Source of the DNA: an uncultured Bdellovibrionales bacterium
GTDB taxonomy: Bacteria > Patescibacteriota > Minisyncoccia > Moranbacterales > DUUL01
Length of the DNA stretch: 64,000 nucleotides
Assembly: GCA_964346295.1 (NCBI GenBank)
Contig: CAYFUG010000004.1
Coordinates: 532 to 64,531, forward strand
Direction of reading: 5' to 3'
Notes under the pieces: model-generated
The model's input: the letters and a program-made list of their open reading frames with translations, nothing else
What the model was told of the DNA's origin: nothing
Databases searched by the model: none
Translations under genes and position numbers: made by a program
Shown: positions 18,655 to 28,906 of the stretch, piece after piece
How the letters are laid out: the number at the start of each line of letters is the position of its first letter
Numbering within the stretch: position 1 is the stretch's first letter

Positions 18655-19716
18655 ATGATCAAACGCAAAAAAACTAGGCAAATACAAGTAGGGAAAGTAA
18701 AAATTGGAGGGGATGCGCCGGTAGTGGTGCAATCAATGACTAACACTGATACCCGAGAGGTGGCGGCTACCGTGGAGCAGATTAACGCCTTAGAGGGGGC
18801 TGGTTGCGAATTAGTGCGAGTGGCAGTTCCCGATCAAGCAGCGGCCAAAAAGTTAGGCGAGATTAAAGCTCAAATTAATATTCCCTTAGTAGCCGATATT
18901 CATTTTTCGGCCGATCTAGCCTTGGAGGCGATTGCTCAAGGGATTGACAAGCTCCGGATTAACCCCGGCAATATGCGGCCCCAGGAAAAGATTCTTGAGA
19001 TTGTGGCGGCTTGCAAAAAGAAAAATATTCCTATCAGGATTGGAGTGAACGCCGGTTCTCTGGAAAAAGATCTGCTGGAAAAACATGGTGGCAAGGCCAC
19101 CGCTGAAGGAATGGTAGAATCGGCTTTGCGGCATATTAAAATTTTAGAGGAACTAGATTTTCAGGATATCGCCATTTCTCTCAAGGCCTCGGACATTGAG
19201 CGCACGGTGGAGGCTTATCGATTACTTAGCAGCCAGGTGGATTATCCTTTGCATGTAGGCGTGACGGAGGCGGGGACCAAGTTTCGAGGCACTATCATGT
19301 CCAGTGTGGGAATTGGGATGCTACTTTACGAAGGTATCGGGGATACCATCCGAGTTTCTCTGACTGATAATCCTCTGGAAGAGTTGCCAGTGGCTTGGGA
19401 GCTTTTAAGTGTGCTCGATTTGCGCCACAAAAAGCCTACGGTGACCAGTTGCCCCACCTGTGGCCGAACCGAGATTGATCTGGTAAAATTAACCAATCAG
19501 GTAGAAGAACTGGTGAAAGACTTTCCGACTCATTTGCACATTGCCGTAATGGGTTGTGTGGTGAATGGTCCGGGTGAGGCTCGAGAGGCGGATATTGCGG
19601 TAGTAGGAGGAAGAGGTGTGGGGCTAATTTGTCGTAAGGGCGAAACTCTCAGAAAAGTGAAGGAAGAAGATTTATTGGAAGAGTTTAAAAAGGAATTAGA
19701 TAAAGAGGTTGTGTAA
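18655..19716 (+). CDS. ispG: 4-hydroxy-3-methylbut-2-en-1-yl diphosphate synthase
   Basis: The N-terminus (KTRQIQVGKVKIGGDAPVVVQSMTNTDT) and the C-terminal CPTCGR...GCVVNGPGEA Fe-S motifs are diagnostic of IspG/GcpE. Confidence 0.95.
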   Translation: MIKRKKTRQIQVGKVKIGGDAPVVVQSMTNTDTREVAATVEQINALEGAGCELVRVAVPDQAAAKKLGEIKAQINIPLVADIHFSADLALEAIAQGIDKLRINPGNMRPQEKILEIVAACKKKNIPIRIGVNAGSLEKDLLEKHGGKATAEGMVESALRHIKILEELDFQDIAISLKASDIERTVEAYRLLSSQVDYPLHVGVTEAGTKFRGTIMSSVGIGMLLYEGIGDTIRVSLTDNPLEELPVAWELLSVLDLRHKKPTVTSCPTCGRTEIDLVKLTNQVEELVKDFPTHLHIAVMGCVVNGPGEAREADIAVVGGRGVGLICRKGETLRKVKEEDLLEEFKKELDKEVV

Positions 19717-19963
19717 TTTTTAATCCAGAATTTTAAACTTTCAAATCCGCTTTCGCTAAAGCTACAGCTAGGCATGGCAATTTTAAATACAAAAACTAAC
19801 TTTATAGCCTTAGAGAGCTAATTTTTATTAAAAATTGAGTCATTAAGTTATTGTTTTGAAATTAAAAATTTAAAATTAGAAATTGAGCGTTGCTTGTGGC
19901 TTAAGGCTGGATTAATTTAAAGATATCCTCGATTAAGTGAATATTTAAAATATCAAACCTAAA

Positions 19964-21265
19964 ATGCACCAGGAAATAGTTAACAAAAAGAAAAAGATTG
20001 CGGTGATTGGCTTGGGCTATGTGGGCCTGCCAATTGCTTTGGAGTTTGCCAAAAAGTTTTCCGTGATAGGATTCGATATTAGCACCGAGCGAGTAGCCAT
20101 GATGAAGAAGGGAATCGACCCTTCCGAAGAACTGGATAGAGCGGTTTTTGAAGGTTGTGATATTGAATTCACGGCCGACCCCGAAGATCTTCGGGCGGCT
20201 AACTTTTTTGTGGTAGCAGTACCTACTCCGATTGATCGGCATAATCAGCCGGATTTAAAGCCACTTTTAGCGGCGAGTAAAACGGTTGGGAAGGTCTTAG
20301 ATAAAGGAGATTTTGTGGTCTACGAATCAACGGTTTATCCGGGTTGTACGGAGGAGGATTGCGTGCCAATTTTAGAAAAAGAATCCGGTCTCAAGTTCAA
20401 AAAAGACTTTAAGGTAGGTTTTTCTCCGGAACGGATCAATCCCGGCGACAAAAGTCACACCTTAACCTCCATTGTTAAAGTAGTCTCTGGTTGCGACGAG
20501 AAATCACTGGCAGAGATTGGCAAAATTTACGGGGAAATTATTACGGCAGGGATTCACCCGGCTAGTTCCATCAAGGTAGCCGAGGCTTCTAAAATTATTG
20601 AAAACACTCAGCGTGACATCAACATTGCTTTCATGAACGAGTTAGCAGTGATCTTTGGAAAAATGGGGATTAATACCTACGAAGTATTAGAAGCGGCTCG
20701 CACTAAGTGGAACTTCCTTCATTTTTTTCCTGGCTTGGTGGGAGGGCATTGTATCGGGGTAGATCCTTACTATCTTAGTTATAAAGCTAAAGAGCTGGGT
20801 CACCATCCTCAGATGATCGATGCTGGGCGTCAAATCAATGACGGAATGGGAGCCTATGTTGCTGGTCAAATTGTAAAAAAGATTATTGCTCGAGAAAAAA
20901 ACATTCGAGATGCGAGAATTTTGATTATGGGAGTGACTTTTAAGGAGAATGTTAGTGATATTCGTAATTCTAAAGTAGTGGATATTTATCGAGAATTAGT
21001 AGATTTTGGGGCACTAGTGGAATTAGTAGATCCCTTAGCGGATTCTAATGAGGTGAAAAAAGAGTACGGCTTTGATTTGACTAAAAACCCCCAAGGGAAG
21101 TATGATGCAATTGTGCTGGCAGTTGGTCATCGGGAGTATCGAGAGCTTTCGGAAGATTACTTTACAAAGCTTTCTACTGAGAAGGGTTTTGTGGCAGATG
21201 TGAAGGGTTTTTTGAAGAAGAGGCTTGCTGGCGAGGGCAGTAAGCTAGGGTATTGGAGTTTGTAG
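19964..21265 (+). CDS. Nucleotide-sugar (UDP-N-acetyl-hexosamine type) dehydrogenase
   Basis: Rossmann KIAVIGLGYVGLP and catalytic GGHCIGVDPYY, as in the WecC/TviB/WbpO family. Confidence 0.9.
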   Translation: MHQEIVNKKKKIAVIGLGYVGLPIALEFAKKFSVIGFDISTERVAMMKKGIDPSEELDRAVFEGCDIEFTADPEDLRAANFFVVAVPTPIDRHNQPDLKPLLAASKTVGKVLDKGDFVVYESTVYPGCTEEDCVPILEKESGLKFKKDFKVGFSPERINPGDKSHTLTSIVKVVSGCDEKSLAEIGKIYGEIITAGIHPASSIKVAEASKIIENTQRDINIAFMNELAVIFGKMGINTYEVLEAARTKWNFLHFFPGLVGGHCIGVDPYYLSYKAKELGHHPQMIDAGRQINDGMGAYVAGQIVKKIIAREKNIRDARILIMGVTFKENVSDIRNSKVVDIYRELVDFGALVELVDPLADSNEVKKEYGFDLTKNPQGKYDAIVLAVGHREYRELSEDYFTKLSTEKGFVADVKGFLKKRLAGEGSKLGYWSL

Positions 21266-21520
21266 TTCTAGAAGGGATTTCTAGCTTTTGAACCTTGCGT
21301 TAGGATTTCATCCAATATGGCAAGAATCTTGTTGTCGTCACCCGATTTTCGATTGCAGAGTTATCTGGAATTGGAGCTTCTCTGAAATTTGAAAGCCCCC
21401 AGTCCTTTGCTGTCTTGTTGTGCTTGTACAAGTTGTGCAAGTTGATAAAATAATTCTAAAATTTAAAATTTAAAGGCTAGTCAGAATGACTAGTTGTAAT
21501 TTCCAATACTAAATCATTTT

Positions 21521-23302
21521 ATGAAAGAGCACACTAAAAAATTAGGGGGAAAGTTTTTGGCGATTATTTTGTTAGCAATTTTAGGGACAGTATTAGTGAG
21601 TCCGCGGGAAACCGGGATTGCTGGGATCGACAATTTTACTGACCGCTTCAGCTATAATTTAGGACTGGATTTAGCGGGAGGAGCTCGATTGACTTATCAG
21701 GCTGATATGAGTCAGGTTGATTCTGGTGATCAAGGAGAGGCCTTGAGTGGTTTGCAGGATGTAATTGAGCGGCGAGTAAATGCTTTTGGGGTAGCGGAGC
21801 CAAAGATTCAAACTGTTCAGAGCGGTAACAATTATCGCCTAGTAGTGGAATTGGCTGGCATTAAGGACCTAGGAGAGGCTAAGGAGATGATCAAAGAAAC
21901 GCCCTTTTTGGAGTTTAAGGAGCTAGGAGAGCCTCGAGACGAGAGCGATTTAACCGAGGAGGAAAATCAATTAATCGAGGAACAAATTACTCAAATAGAA
22001 GATTCTAATGAAGAGCAACGAAAAAAGGCTCAGGAAGTACTAGAAAAAGCTCTGCAAGGAGAGGATTTTGCTCAGTTAGCAGAGGAGTATTCAGAAGACA
22101 CTGTGAGCACGGAGCAAGGAGGGGATTTAGATTTTTTTAAGCGAGGGATAATGACAGAGTCTTTCGAAGAGACAATTTTTAGCGAAGAATTAGGAATCGA
22201 TGAGATTCACCCCGAGTTGGTGAAATCTCAATTTGGCTATCATATCATTAAAAAAACTGGGCAGCGAGGAGAGGGGGAAGAAGAGGAAGTAAAAGCTTCT
22301 CACATTCTTTTTAAGACCACGGAATCGGATCAATTGCGGCAAGCTTTTTTGGATCAGTTCTTGCAAGGCAACTTTGAGACTACTGAATTGACCGGAAAAG
22401 ACCTAGAAGGGGCTCAGATGGTGATTCAAAGTCAGCCGGGTCAAATTACTCAGCCGGTGGTACAGCTCCAGTTCAACAGTGAAGGAAGGGAAAAATTCAA
22501 GCAGATTACTGAAAGAAATGTAAGTAAGCCGGTAGCGATTTTTTTGGACGGACAGATTATTAGCTCCCCGGTGGTTAATAGTGTGATTAGAGATGGAAAG
22601 GCGGAGATCAGCGGTAAGTTTTCTGTTAAGGAGGCTAAGGAGTTGGCGCAACGCTTGAATGCGGGAGCCTTGCCGGTACCAATTAACTTAGTTAGTCAAG
22701 AAAGCGTAGAACCTTCTTTGGGGCAGAACGCTCTAGAGAAAAGTTTGCGAGCGGGAGCCTTGGGAATGGCGGCGGTAGCGATCTTTATGATTTTTTACTA
22801 CCGACTAGCGGGGATAGCAGCGGTGCTAGCCTTGGCTTTTTACGCCTTAATGATGGGCAGTATTTTTAAGTTTTCTTCGGTGTCTCAAATTACCGCCATT
22901 ACTTTAACTCTTTCGGGGATTGCTGGATTTATTCTTTCCTTGGGAATGGCGGTGGATGCTAACATTCTCATTTTCGAGCGAATGAGTGAAGAGGTGGCTC
23001 GAGGTCGGGATCTAAAAAAGGCTCTTAAGGAGGCTTATAAGCGAGCTTGGACTTCTATTCGAGACGGTAATGTTTCTACTCTGCTTACTTGTGGAATTTT
23101 AATGGCCTTTGGAAGTAGTTTTATTCAGGGTTTTGCGATTATTCTGGGTCTAGGAGTATTGCTCTCAATGTTTACTGCGATTGTGATTACCCGAGTTTTT
23201 ATGGAGCTACTGTTGCAAATCAGTTTTGTTAATAAGGCTCCGGGCTTGGTGATTGCACCCAAGCGGGTTAGAGGGTATAATAGAAAACGGAAACGCTCTT
23301 AG
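21521..23302 (+). CDS. secD: Protein translocase subunit SecD with parvulin-like insert
   Basis: LGLDLAGGARLTY, VAIFLDGQIISSPVV, and TM block LSGIAGFILSLGMAVDANILIFERMSEE. The internal GGDLDFF...FGYHIIKK...KASHILF segment resembles PpiC. Confidence 0.9.
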   Translation: MKEHTKKLGGKFLAIILLAILGTVLVSPRETGIAGIDNFTDRFSYNLGLDLAGGARLTYQADMSQVDSGDQGEALSGLQDVIERRVNAFGVAEPKIQTVQSGNNYRLVVELAGIKDLGEAKEMIKETPFLEFKELGEPRDESDLTEEENQLIEEQITQIEDSNEEQRKKAQEVLEKALQGEDFAQLAEEYSEDTVSTEQGGDLDFFKRGIMTESFEETIFSEELGIDEIHPELVKSQFGYHIIKKTGQRGEGEEEEVKASHILFKTTESDQLRQAFLDQFLQGNFETTELTGKDLEGAQMVIQSQPGQITQPVVQLQFNSEGREKFKQITERNVSKPVAIFLDGQIISSPVVNSVIRDGKAEISGKFSVKEAKELAQRLNAGALPVPINLVSQESVEPSLGQNALEKSLRAGALGMAAVAIFMIFYYRLAGIAAVLALAFYALMMGSIFKFSSVSQITAITLTLSGIAGFILSLGMAVDANILIFERMSEEVARGRDLKKALKEAYKRAWTSIRDGNVSTLLTCGILMAFGSSFIQGFAIILGLGVLLSMFTAIVITRVFMELLLQISFVNKAPGLVIAPKRVRGYNRKRKRS

Positions 23303-23464
23303 AAACTGTCTGAAAAGTATTATCCTACTGCAAATCCCAAATCTCGACTGCAAATTTATCAAATCTCGTCACCGTAGCTTAGGTTACAACTTCCTCAATT
23401 TTCAAAATTTTCGCACGAGATTATGAAATTTTCGTCGACGAAGAATACTTCTCAGACAGTTTCT
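23301..23464. repeat. MITE-like palindromic element (family B relative), 164 bp
   Basis: 21-bp terminal inverted repeats AGAAACTGTCTGAAAAGTATT / AATACTTCTCAGACAGTTTCT. Central CACCGTAGC...TTAC core. Overlaps the secD stop codon. Confidence 0.7.
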
Positions 23465-23836
23465 TAGGGGAACTTGAAGGAGGGCTTCCAAATTTTGAAA
23501 ATTTTAGAGCTAGATTATAAAGAGCAGTTCCCCCTTTTGAAGGGGGGTGACCGGTAACAGTCTTTCTGGTTATTAGGGGTTGTAGAAACTAGAAAAGCAA
23601 TTGATTTCAAAACTAAAACTAAAATTAAAATAAAAAAGAGAATTTGATTTGAGTTTAGATATTTGAGCTCAGAGGTTGAGATTGAAAATTAGTTATTAAG
23701 CCAGAAACCCCGCCTCTGGCGGAGTGCAGGGAAAACTAATTTTTATCTATCACTCGCAAGCTCGCTCTGATTCAAATTGTTTTCTCTACAAAATAAAAAT
23801 GAAAATTAAAAGTAGAAAAGGGGGTGAGGAAGCTTA

Positions 23837-24118
23837 ATGCATGCTTTATTTTCCCGAACTTTCTTCTTATTTGCTTCTATGGCTCTAGCGGCCGCGATGT
23901 ACGGATGGGGAATCCAAGATATTTGGCTGGCTTCTACGCAATGGATGCAAGTGGCAACTGTCTTTTTACTAATGGCGATTTTTGTGAAGATGAGTGAAGA
24001 GGACGACAAACGAATTGAAGAAGAAATGCGAAAAATTGCCGAAGAAAAGGCTAAAAATGCCCCAAAGAGCAAGAAGAAAGACAAGAAAGATCACAAGTCT
24101 TTTAAGTTGTCTAAATAG
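23837..24118 (+). CDS. Small two-TM protein with Lys-rich tail (hypothetical)
   Basis: GGGGTGAGG lies upstream of the ATG, and the N-terminus is hydrophobic. An equally long antisense ORF exists, so the call is tentative. Confidence 0.4.
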   Translation: MHALFSRTFFLFASMALAAAMYGWGIQDIWLASTQWMQVATVFLLMAIFVKMSEEDDKRIEEEMRKIAEEKAKNAPKSKKKDKKDHKSFKLSK

Positions 24119-24122
24119 AACG

Positions 24123-24264
24123 GAGCCTTACTCATTTTGAAAATTTCGTTGTTGAAATCCGGGCTTCCCTTTCACCGTACACTTCAGTACGGCTCAAGCA
24201 AAGCCTACCTGCCTGTCGGCAGGCAGGGATTTCGCCTAGAACTCTCCTAAAATGAGAAAGTCTC
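24123..24264. repeat. MITE-like palindromic element, family B
   Basis: TIRs GAGCCTTACTCATTTT / AAAATGAGAAAGTCTC. Core TCACCGTACACTTCAGTACGG hairpin. Confidence 0.65.
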
Positions 24265-24377
24265 TTAGGCTATTCTAAGAAAAAGGAAAATTGCTTCATG
24301 GATTTGTTTTAGATAAGGTCCCTCAATTTCGCTCGGGCTGACAGAGGGCTCGTTTTAATTTAAATTAAATCAGGATT

Positions 24378-24995
24378 TTGAAGCAAGGCTTTTTAGTTAT
24401 TGCTCATAATATCCGCAGTTGCTACAATGTTGGCTCGATTTTTCGTAGTGCGGATGCTTTGGGCGTGGAAAAGATTTATTTAACCGGCTACACTCCCAGA
24501 CCGGGTGTTTTGGTTACTTCCGATGCTGAAAGTGGTCTTGATAAATTAAGCTTTAAGGTAAATTCTCATTCCGATTCAAATTTAAGTCTCGGAGAAAGAA
24601 GAGGCCCCAAAACGAGCTTTACTGAGGCGCTAAAAGCTAAAAAAGATGCCAAAAAGATTGCTAAAACGGCTTTAGGAGCAGAAGAAGTAGTTGCTTGGGA
24701 ATACCAGAGGCAATTAGGACCACTGATTCAAAAATTGCAGTCGCAAGGGGTGCAAGTGGTAGCTCTGGAGCAAGCTTCTAATAGTCTAAAATTAACTGAT
24801 TTTAAGCCCAATTTTCCTTTGGCGCTGCTAGTGGGTAACGAAGTGCGAGGAATCTCTCCTCAAATACTGAAAAAAGTGGACAAAATCGTAGAAATCCCGA
24901 TGCAAGGAAAGAAGGAGTCCTTGAATGTTGGGGTGGCATTTGGAATCGCCGGTTTTTGGCTCCAAGCTGTTGATTTTGGTAAATTTCGTTGTTGA
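24378..24995 (+). CDS. TrmH/SpoU-family RNA 2'-O-methyltransferase
   Basis: NVGSIFRSADALGVEKIYL, LLVGNEVRGIS and IPMQGKKESLNVGVAFGIA motifs. TTG start as in the track. Confidence 0.85.
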   Translation: MKQGFLVIAHNIRSCYNVGSIFRSADALGVEKIYLTGYTPRPGVLVTSDAESGLDKLSFKVNSHSDSNLSLGERRGPKTSFTEALKAKKDAKKIAKTALGAEEVVAWEYQRQLGPLIQKLQSQGVQVVALEQASNSLKLTDFKPNFPLALLVGNEVRGISPQILKKVDKIVEIPMQGKKESLNVGVAFGIAGFWLQAVDFGKFRC

Positions 24996-25080
24996 AGTCT
25001 CCACTTCTCGCTCACCGTAGCTTTATTACGGCTTGCTTCGATGCTCGACTTCGCCTAGAACCTTACTCAAAATCAATAGC
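24966..25080. repeat. MITE-like palindromic element, family B, overlapping the last 30 nt of the TrmH gene
   Basis: TIRs GCTGTTGATTTTGGTAA / TTACTCAAAATCAATAGC. Core CTCACCGTAGCTTTATTACGG. Confidence 0.65.
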
Positions 25081-25342
25081 TTGGCCTAGACTGTGGCTGC
25101 TTCAGATTAAACTCAAAATATTGTCTAAAATTTCCTCCCGCTTTTGCCAGTGCTACAGATGGGACAGATAAAACTTGAAAAACTTAGGCCTAGTCGTAGT
25201 TATTCTCTATTCCTGTTTTAAAAATTGCTTTCGCGACTAAATTTGGAAATTGCAGTAGAGATTAGATTTTTAAAACAGGCTCTTAGTGCCTAAGTGCTAT
25301 TTTAAAAAATAAAAAATCTAAGAAAGACTAAATTAAAAACTA

Positions 25343-28009
25343 GTGGAGAGACTTGTTGTCGATAGAAGTGAAGAGAAGAGAAACGGACCGGAAAGAAATC
25401 CGGGGTTTTTTCAGTTAGCTGCTTATCCAAAAGAAGATTGGGATTTGTTAAGGGCTGTGAATAAGGTGTTGTCGAAAGATAGTAGTCGAGTTTATGGTTT
25501 GCAGAGGGCTTTATTGGATTATCCCGAACTAGGGAACGAAGAGACAAAGGAGGTAATTTTAGAAAAGATGGAAGAAGAACTTTTAAGCATTTATTCTGAT
25601 GATTTAAGACTGGAAAATGGAATAAACTCGATAAAAGATGCTTTTGAGGGAATAAGGGGGATTTATTTAGGGAAAATAGAGACAGAGAAGGTTGTGATCG
25701 AGCGAGTCAACCAGCTTTACCCAGCGGAGTTGGAAGCCTTTGAGGATTTATTGGGCGACTTTATAGTTTATAAAAAAGTTTTACCTAAAGATGTTATTCA
25801 GGCAATTTACAGAAATAGGCTAGAGAAAATTGGAAATGTAAATCTTAATAATCTTTTTAGTTATGGAGATGTAGGCTTAGAAAAAGAGTGTTTAGGGGTT
25901 AATGAAAGAATTTTTGAAGCTCTAGAGGAGCTAGCCTTGTTTTCTGATATTTCCGAAGGTCAGAAAGCGGAACTTTTTCAGTCAGTGGCAAGGGGGTTAT
26001 TTGGAAGGGAAAAAAAGTTTTTTGTAGACCCAGAAAAGGCTTTGAGATTTGTAAGAGTCACTTTTCAAAGTCCAGAGACCAAGCGCTATGCCAAGCCACT
26101 TTTCATGAATTATTGGTGGGAGTGGGAGAATGCTATTGAAAAAATGCAGTCAGAAATTGATTTTGAAGATCAGAGCAAGGAGAATATTAGGAAAATAGCA
26201 GAGTTGGCGGAAATTTACGGGGCAGTTTACGGAGAATTGATAAAGAGGGGAATCGAACCTAATAATGATGGGGCAGTTTACATGTTGAATTTTATTAACC
26301 AGGCGGGAGGAGTAGACGATTTTTACCTTAACTTAAAGGTTAAGCAAGCCGTTTTTCTTATTCAGGCTGATGCTTGCCTTTATTATGAGGAAGGCGAGGA
26401 TTGGCAAAAGGAAGGAAGGGCGCAGTTGATTTATAGTGCGGCTCAAACTTTGGGAACTGATCTGCAGCTTAGTGGCGAGGAGCTGCAGCAATTTTTAACT
26501 GATATAAAAGGTTTTTTTGGGCAAAAATTAACTGCCGAAATTGAACCTCTTGTTAAGGGGCAGGTGGCAGCTCCGGGAGTAGAAGGGCATTTTGATGATG
26601 ATTTTGATCTGGTGCTACTGGAGGAGGAGAGAGGCAATGAAGGTGATAGGCTGAAGTTTAGCGAATTTATTAAGTTGAATTACTACGATGTTATTGAAGA
26701 GGGCGATTTTCTGGATTTGATGTTTATGCAAAATTTATTCATCAAGAAGCGAATTTCCCAGGAGTTAGGCGTGGCTTTGCATAACTTAGAGTTGAGAGCT
26801 CAGAATCAGTTTTTAAACTTCATTAAAAATGCCTCCCAGGAGAGAGTGAGACAAGTGGCAGAATTCGTAAAAAATCCAGCAGAAGAAGAGCAGCGCTTAA
26901 ACCGCCTGAGAGTCTTTCTTTCCTTGGAAGAGGGCCATTTTTCAGGAGATCAGCTATTGGACTTGCCTTCCAGGATTGATGCTGACCAAGCGCAGCAAGT
27001 TTTTGACCAGTATGGGAGACTGGTTCAAGACGCTTTTTCGGAGCAGTCGACCCTTCAAGAAGTGCTAAAGAATCCGGAGGATTTGGCCAAAATTGATCAA
27101 GAAAAAATCACTCAAAATTTGCTCTTCCGAGGCCAAAAAATCCTTCAAAGGCTAATTGAGTCTAGCGAGCCAGAGAGAGAGGCAGAAAGTGTTTTATCCA
27201 GCCTTTTAGCACAAAAATGGCAAATTCAACTAGCGGGAGCAGTTTTTAGGGAAGGGATCGAGGCTGGGATGAGTTTAGATGATTTAGAGGGTGGCAGAAT
27301 TGAGGTTTTAACCGTCCAAGACTTAATTCAAAAACCAGAATTGGTGGCTAAAATGAGGGATATTTATTCTAATAATTTCTCCAAAAAACCTGATTTGCAA
27401 GGAGCGGTTTTGCAAGGATTTGATCAAAAAATGACAGAAGGAGGCGTTAATTCGGAGTTTGCTTTGGCCTTTGTGGGCGAAGAATTGGTGGCTTTTAGCC
27501 GCAGTGATCATGTAGACGAAAAAACTCGCTATTTTGCTTCTCTAAACTCTTCTTATGGCGGTGCCAAGTTTGGAGAAGCTCTGAGGAGGAAAAGAGAGGC
27601 TCAGGTGGGAGAAAATTTTGATATTCGGGCTCATAGTGAGCCAGAAAGTGCCATGAGTACGCTGTATATTGGCCCAGAGGGAGGATTTATAGCCGATGGG
27701 GTAGAATTTAATTATCACAACACCGAGGCTAATTTATTCAGTATTACTAGACAAAAAACCCCGCCCAGTTACTATGCTTGGAGTAAGCCTCGAGAAGAGC
27801 TAGTCAAAGAGGCGAAAGAACTTGCGGATAGTGAGATAAGTAGCATTTCTCTAGAAAAGGGTAAGCCTCTGGTTTTAAGCCTCCAGGGGCTAGAAAATAC
27901 ACTAGTGGCACTAAAAACCCTACTCAATGAGCAGGGCGGCCAGTTGACCAATTATTGGTTTCAGGGCGGAAGATATTTTTTAGCTATAGAAAACCCTAAA
28001 TCAAGCTAA
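25343..28009 (+). CDS. Large hypothetical protein (up to 888 aa)
   Basis: Long ORF with a GTG track start; the first ATG is at 25568. No motif recognised. Confidence 0.7.
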   Translation: MERLVVDRSEEKRNGPERNPGFFQLAAYPKEDWDLLRAVNKVLSKDSSRVYGLQRALLDYPELGNEETKEVILEKMEEELLSIYSDDLRLENGINSIKDAFEGIRGIYLGKIETEKVVIERVNQLYPAELEAFEDLLGDFIVYKKVLPKDVIQAIYRNRLEKIGNVNLNNLFSYGDVGLEKECLGVNERIFEALEELALFSDISEGQKAELFQSVARGLFGREKKFFVDPEKALRFVRVTFQSPETKRYAKPLFMNYWWEWENAIEKMQSEIDFEDQSKENIRKIAELAEIYGAVYGELIKRGIEPNNDGAVYMLNFINQAGGVDDFYLNLKVKQAVFLIQADACLYYEEGEDWQKEGRAQLIYSAAQTLGTDLQLSGEELQQFLTDIKGFFGQKLTAEIEPLVKGQVAAPGVEGHFDDDFDLVLLEEERGNEGDRLKFSEFIKLNYYDVIEEGDFLDLMFMQNLFIKKRISQELGVALHNLELRAQNQFLNFIKNASQERVRQVAEFVKNPAEEEQRLNRLRVFLSLEEGHFSGDQLLDLPSRIDADQAQQVFDQYGRLVQDAFSEQSTLQEVLKNPEDLAKIDQEKITQNLLFRGQKILQRLIESSEPEREAESVLSSLLAQKWQIQLAGAVFREGIEAGMSLDDLEGGRIEVLTVQDLIQKPELVAKMRDIYSNNFSKKPDLQGAVLQGFDQKMTEGGVNSEFALAFVGEELVAFSRSDHVDEKTRYFASLNSSYGGAKFGEALRRKREAQVGENFDIRAHSEPESAMSTLYIGPEGGFIADGVEFNYHNTEANLFSITRQKTPPSYYAWSKPREELVKEAKELADSEISSISLEKGKPLVLSLQGLENTLVALKTLLNEQGGQLTNYWFQGGRYFLAIENPKSS

Positions 28010-28762
28010 TTTTCGGGAATAATCCCAGTGAAATTCGAACAGGGATTTGTGCATTTGGTAAATATTGGGATCTTGGATTAGCATAGCGATTTTGTGTTCT
28101 TCTGAAAGGGAGATGTAAATGACTTTTCCTTCGTAAATTTGCATTACAGAACCCGAGAAGGGGTATTTTTCTTGATCAATAAGCTTAATTTCTGTAATAT
28201 CTCGCAGATAATTTTGCAAGTAATTTTTGGCAAAGGCAGAGTCCAGGACCAGAACCTTTTTGTTAAGGTTAAGCTTGGATCTTTTTTTCATGTAGCACTG
28301 ATTGATTTTTTCGGTGTATTTGATAACAGCCTCCAGGTCGGCATAAGTGTAAATAATTTCTTGACTGGTGAGAGTGTCTTCCAGGGCCTCTTGAATGCCT
28401 TCTAGTCCCTCAAAATAGCGGACGTCAGGTTTCTGAGAAACTAAATTAAATTCTGATGTCAGTGCATCTAGATTGGCCGCTAGGTTTTTATGAGTTTTTT
28501 CTAGTTGGGAAGATTGATCGCGGAGTAATTCTTCTAATTGATTAGGGTGTTGAGGATAAAAATGAGTCAATTTTCCCTTTTTTTTGCTAATTACCAGGCT
28601 TTTTTCTTCTAAAGATTCTAAAACATTGTAAACCACCCCCTTTTGGAGGGTGGTTTTTTTAATGATTTCGCTGGCAGGAACTGCTCCAGAGCGAAGCAGG
28701 AATTCGTAAATAGTGGCTTCATTAGGGGTCAGTCCAACTTGAGTAAGGATGTCTTGGTACAT
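28001..28762 (-). CDS. TrmB-family transcriptional regulator (paralog 1)
   Basis: N-terminal wHTH GLTPNEATIYEFLLRSGAVPASEIIKKTTLQKGVVYNVLESLEEKSLV. Divergent from the module 2 promoter. Confidence 0.8.
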   Translation of the reverse strand: MYQDILTQVGLTPNEATIYEFLLRSGAVPASEIIKKTTLQKGVVYNVLESLEEKSLVISKKKGKLTHFYPQHPNQLEELLRDQSSQLEKTHKNLAANLDALTSEFNLVSQKPDVRYFEGLEGIQEALEDTLTSQEIIYTYADLEAVIKYTEKINQCYMKKRSKLNLNKKVLVLDSAFAKNYLQNYLRDITEIKLIDQEKYPFSGSVMQIYEGKVIYISLSEEHKIAMLIQDPNIYQMHKSLFEFHWDYSRKLA

Positions 28763-28877
28763 GTTATTGAAGGTTAGTATTCTGTAAAAAGACTATTTTA
28801 AATGTATTTTTAAAAGATATTTCTACTTTAAATAAGGTAAAATAATAGATTAAGTTAAATTTTTAGTCATTAAATAC

Positions 28878-28906
28878 TTGACAATTTTTTAATAATATGC
28901 TACAAT
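28878..28906 (+). promoter_or_regulatory. Module 2 promoter (consensus sigma70, extended -10)
   Basis: TTGACA, 17-nt spacer, TGcTACAAT. A/T-rich upstream tract. Followed by GTCAAGCTAAGAAAAGG (28912-28928). Confidence 0.75.
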
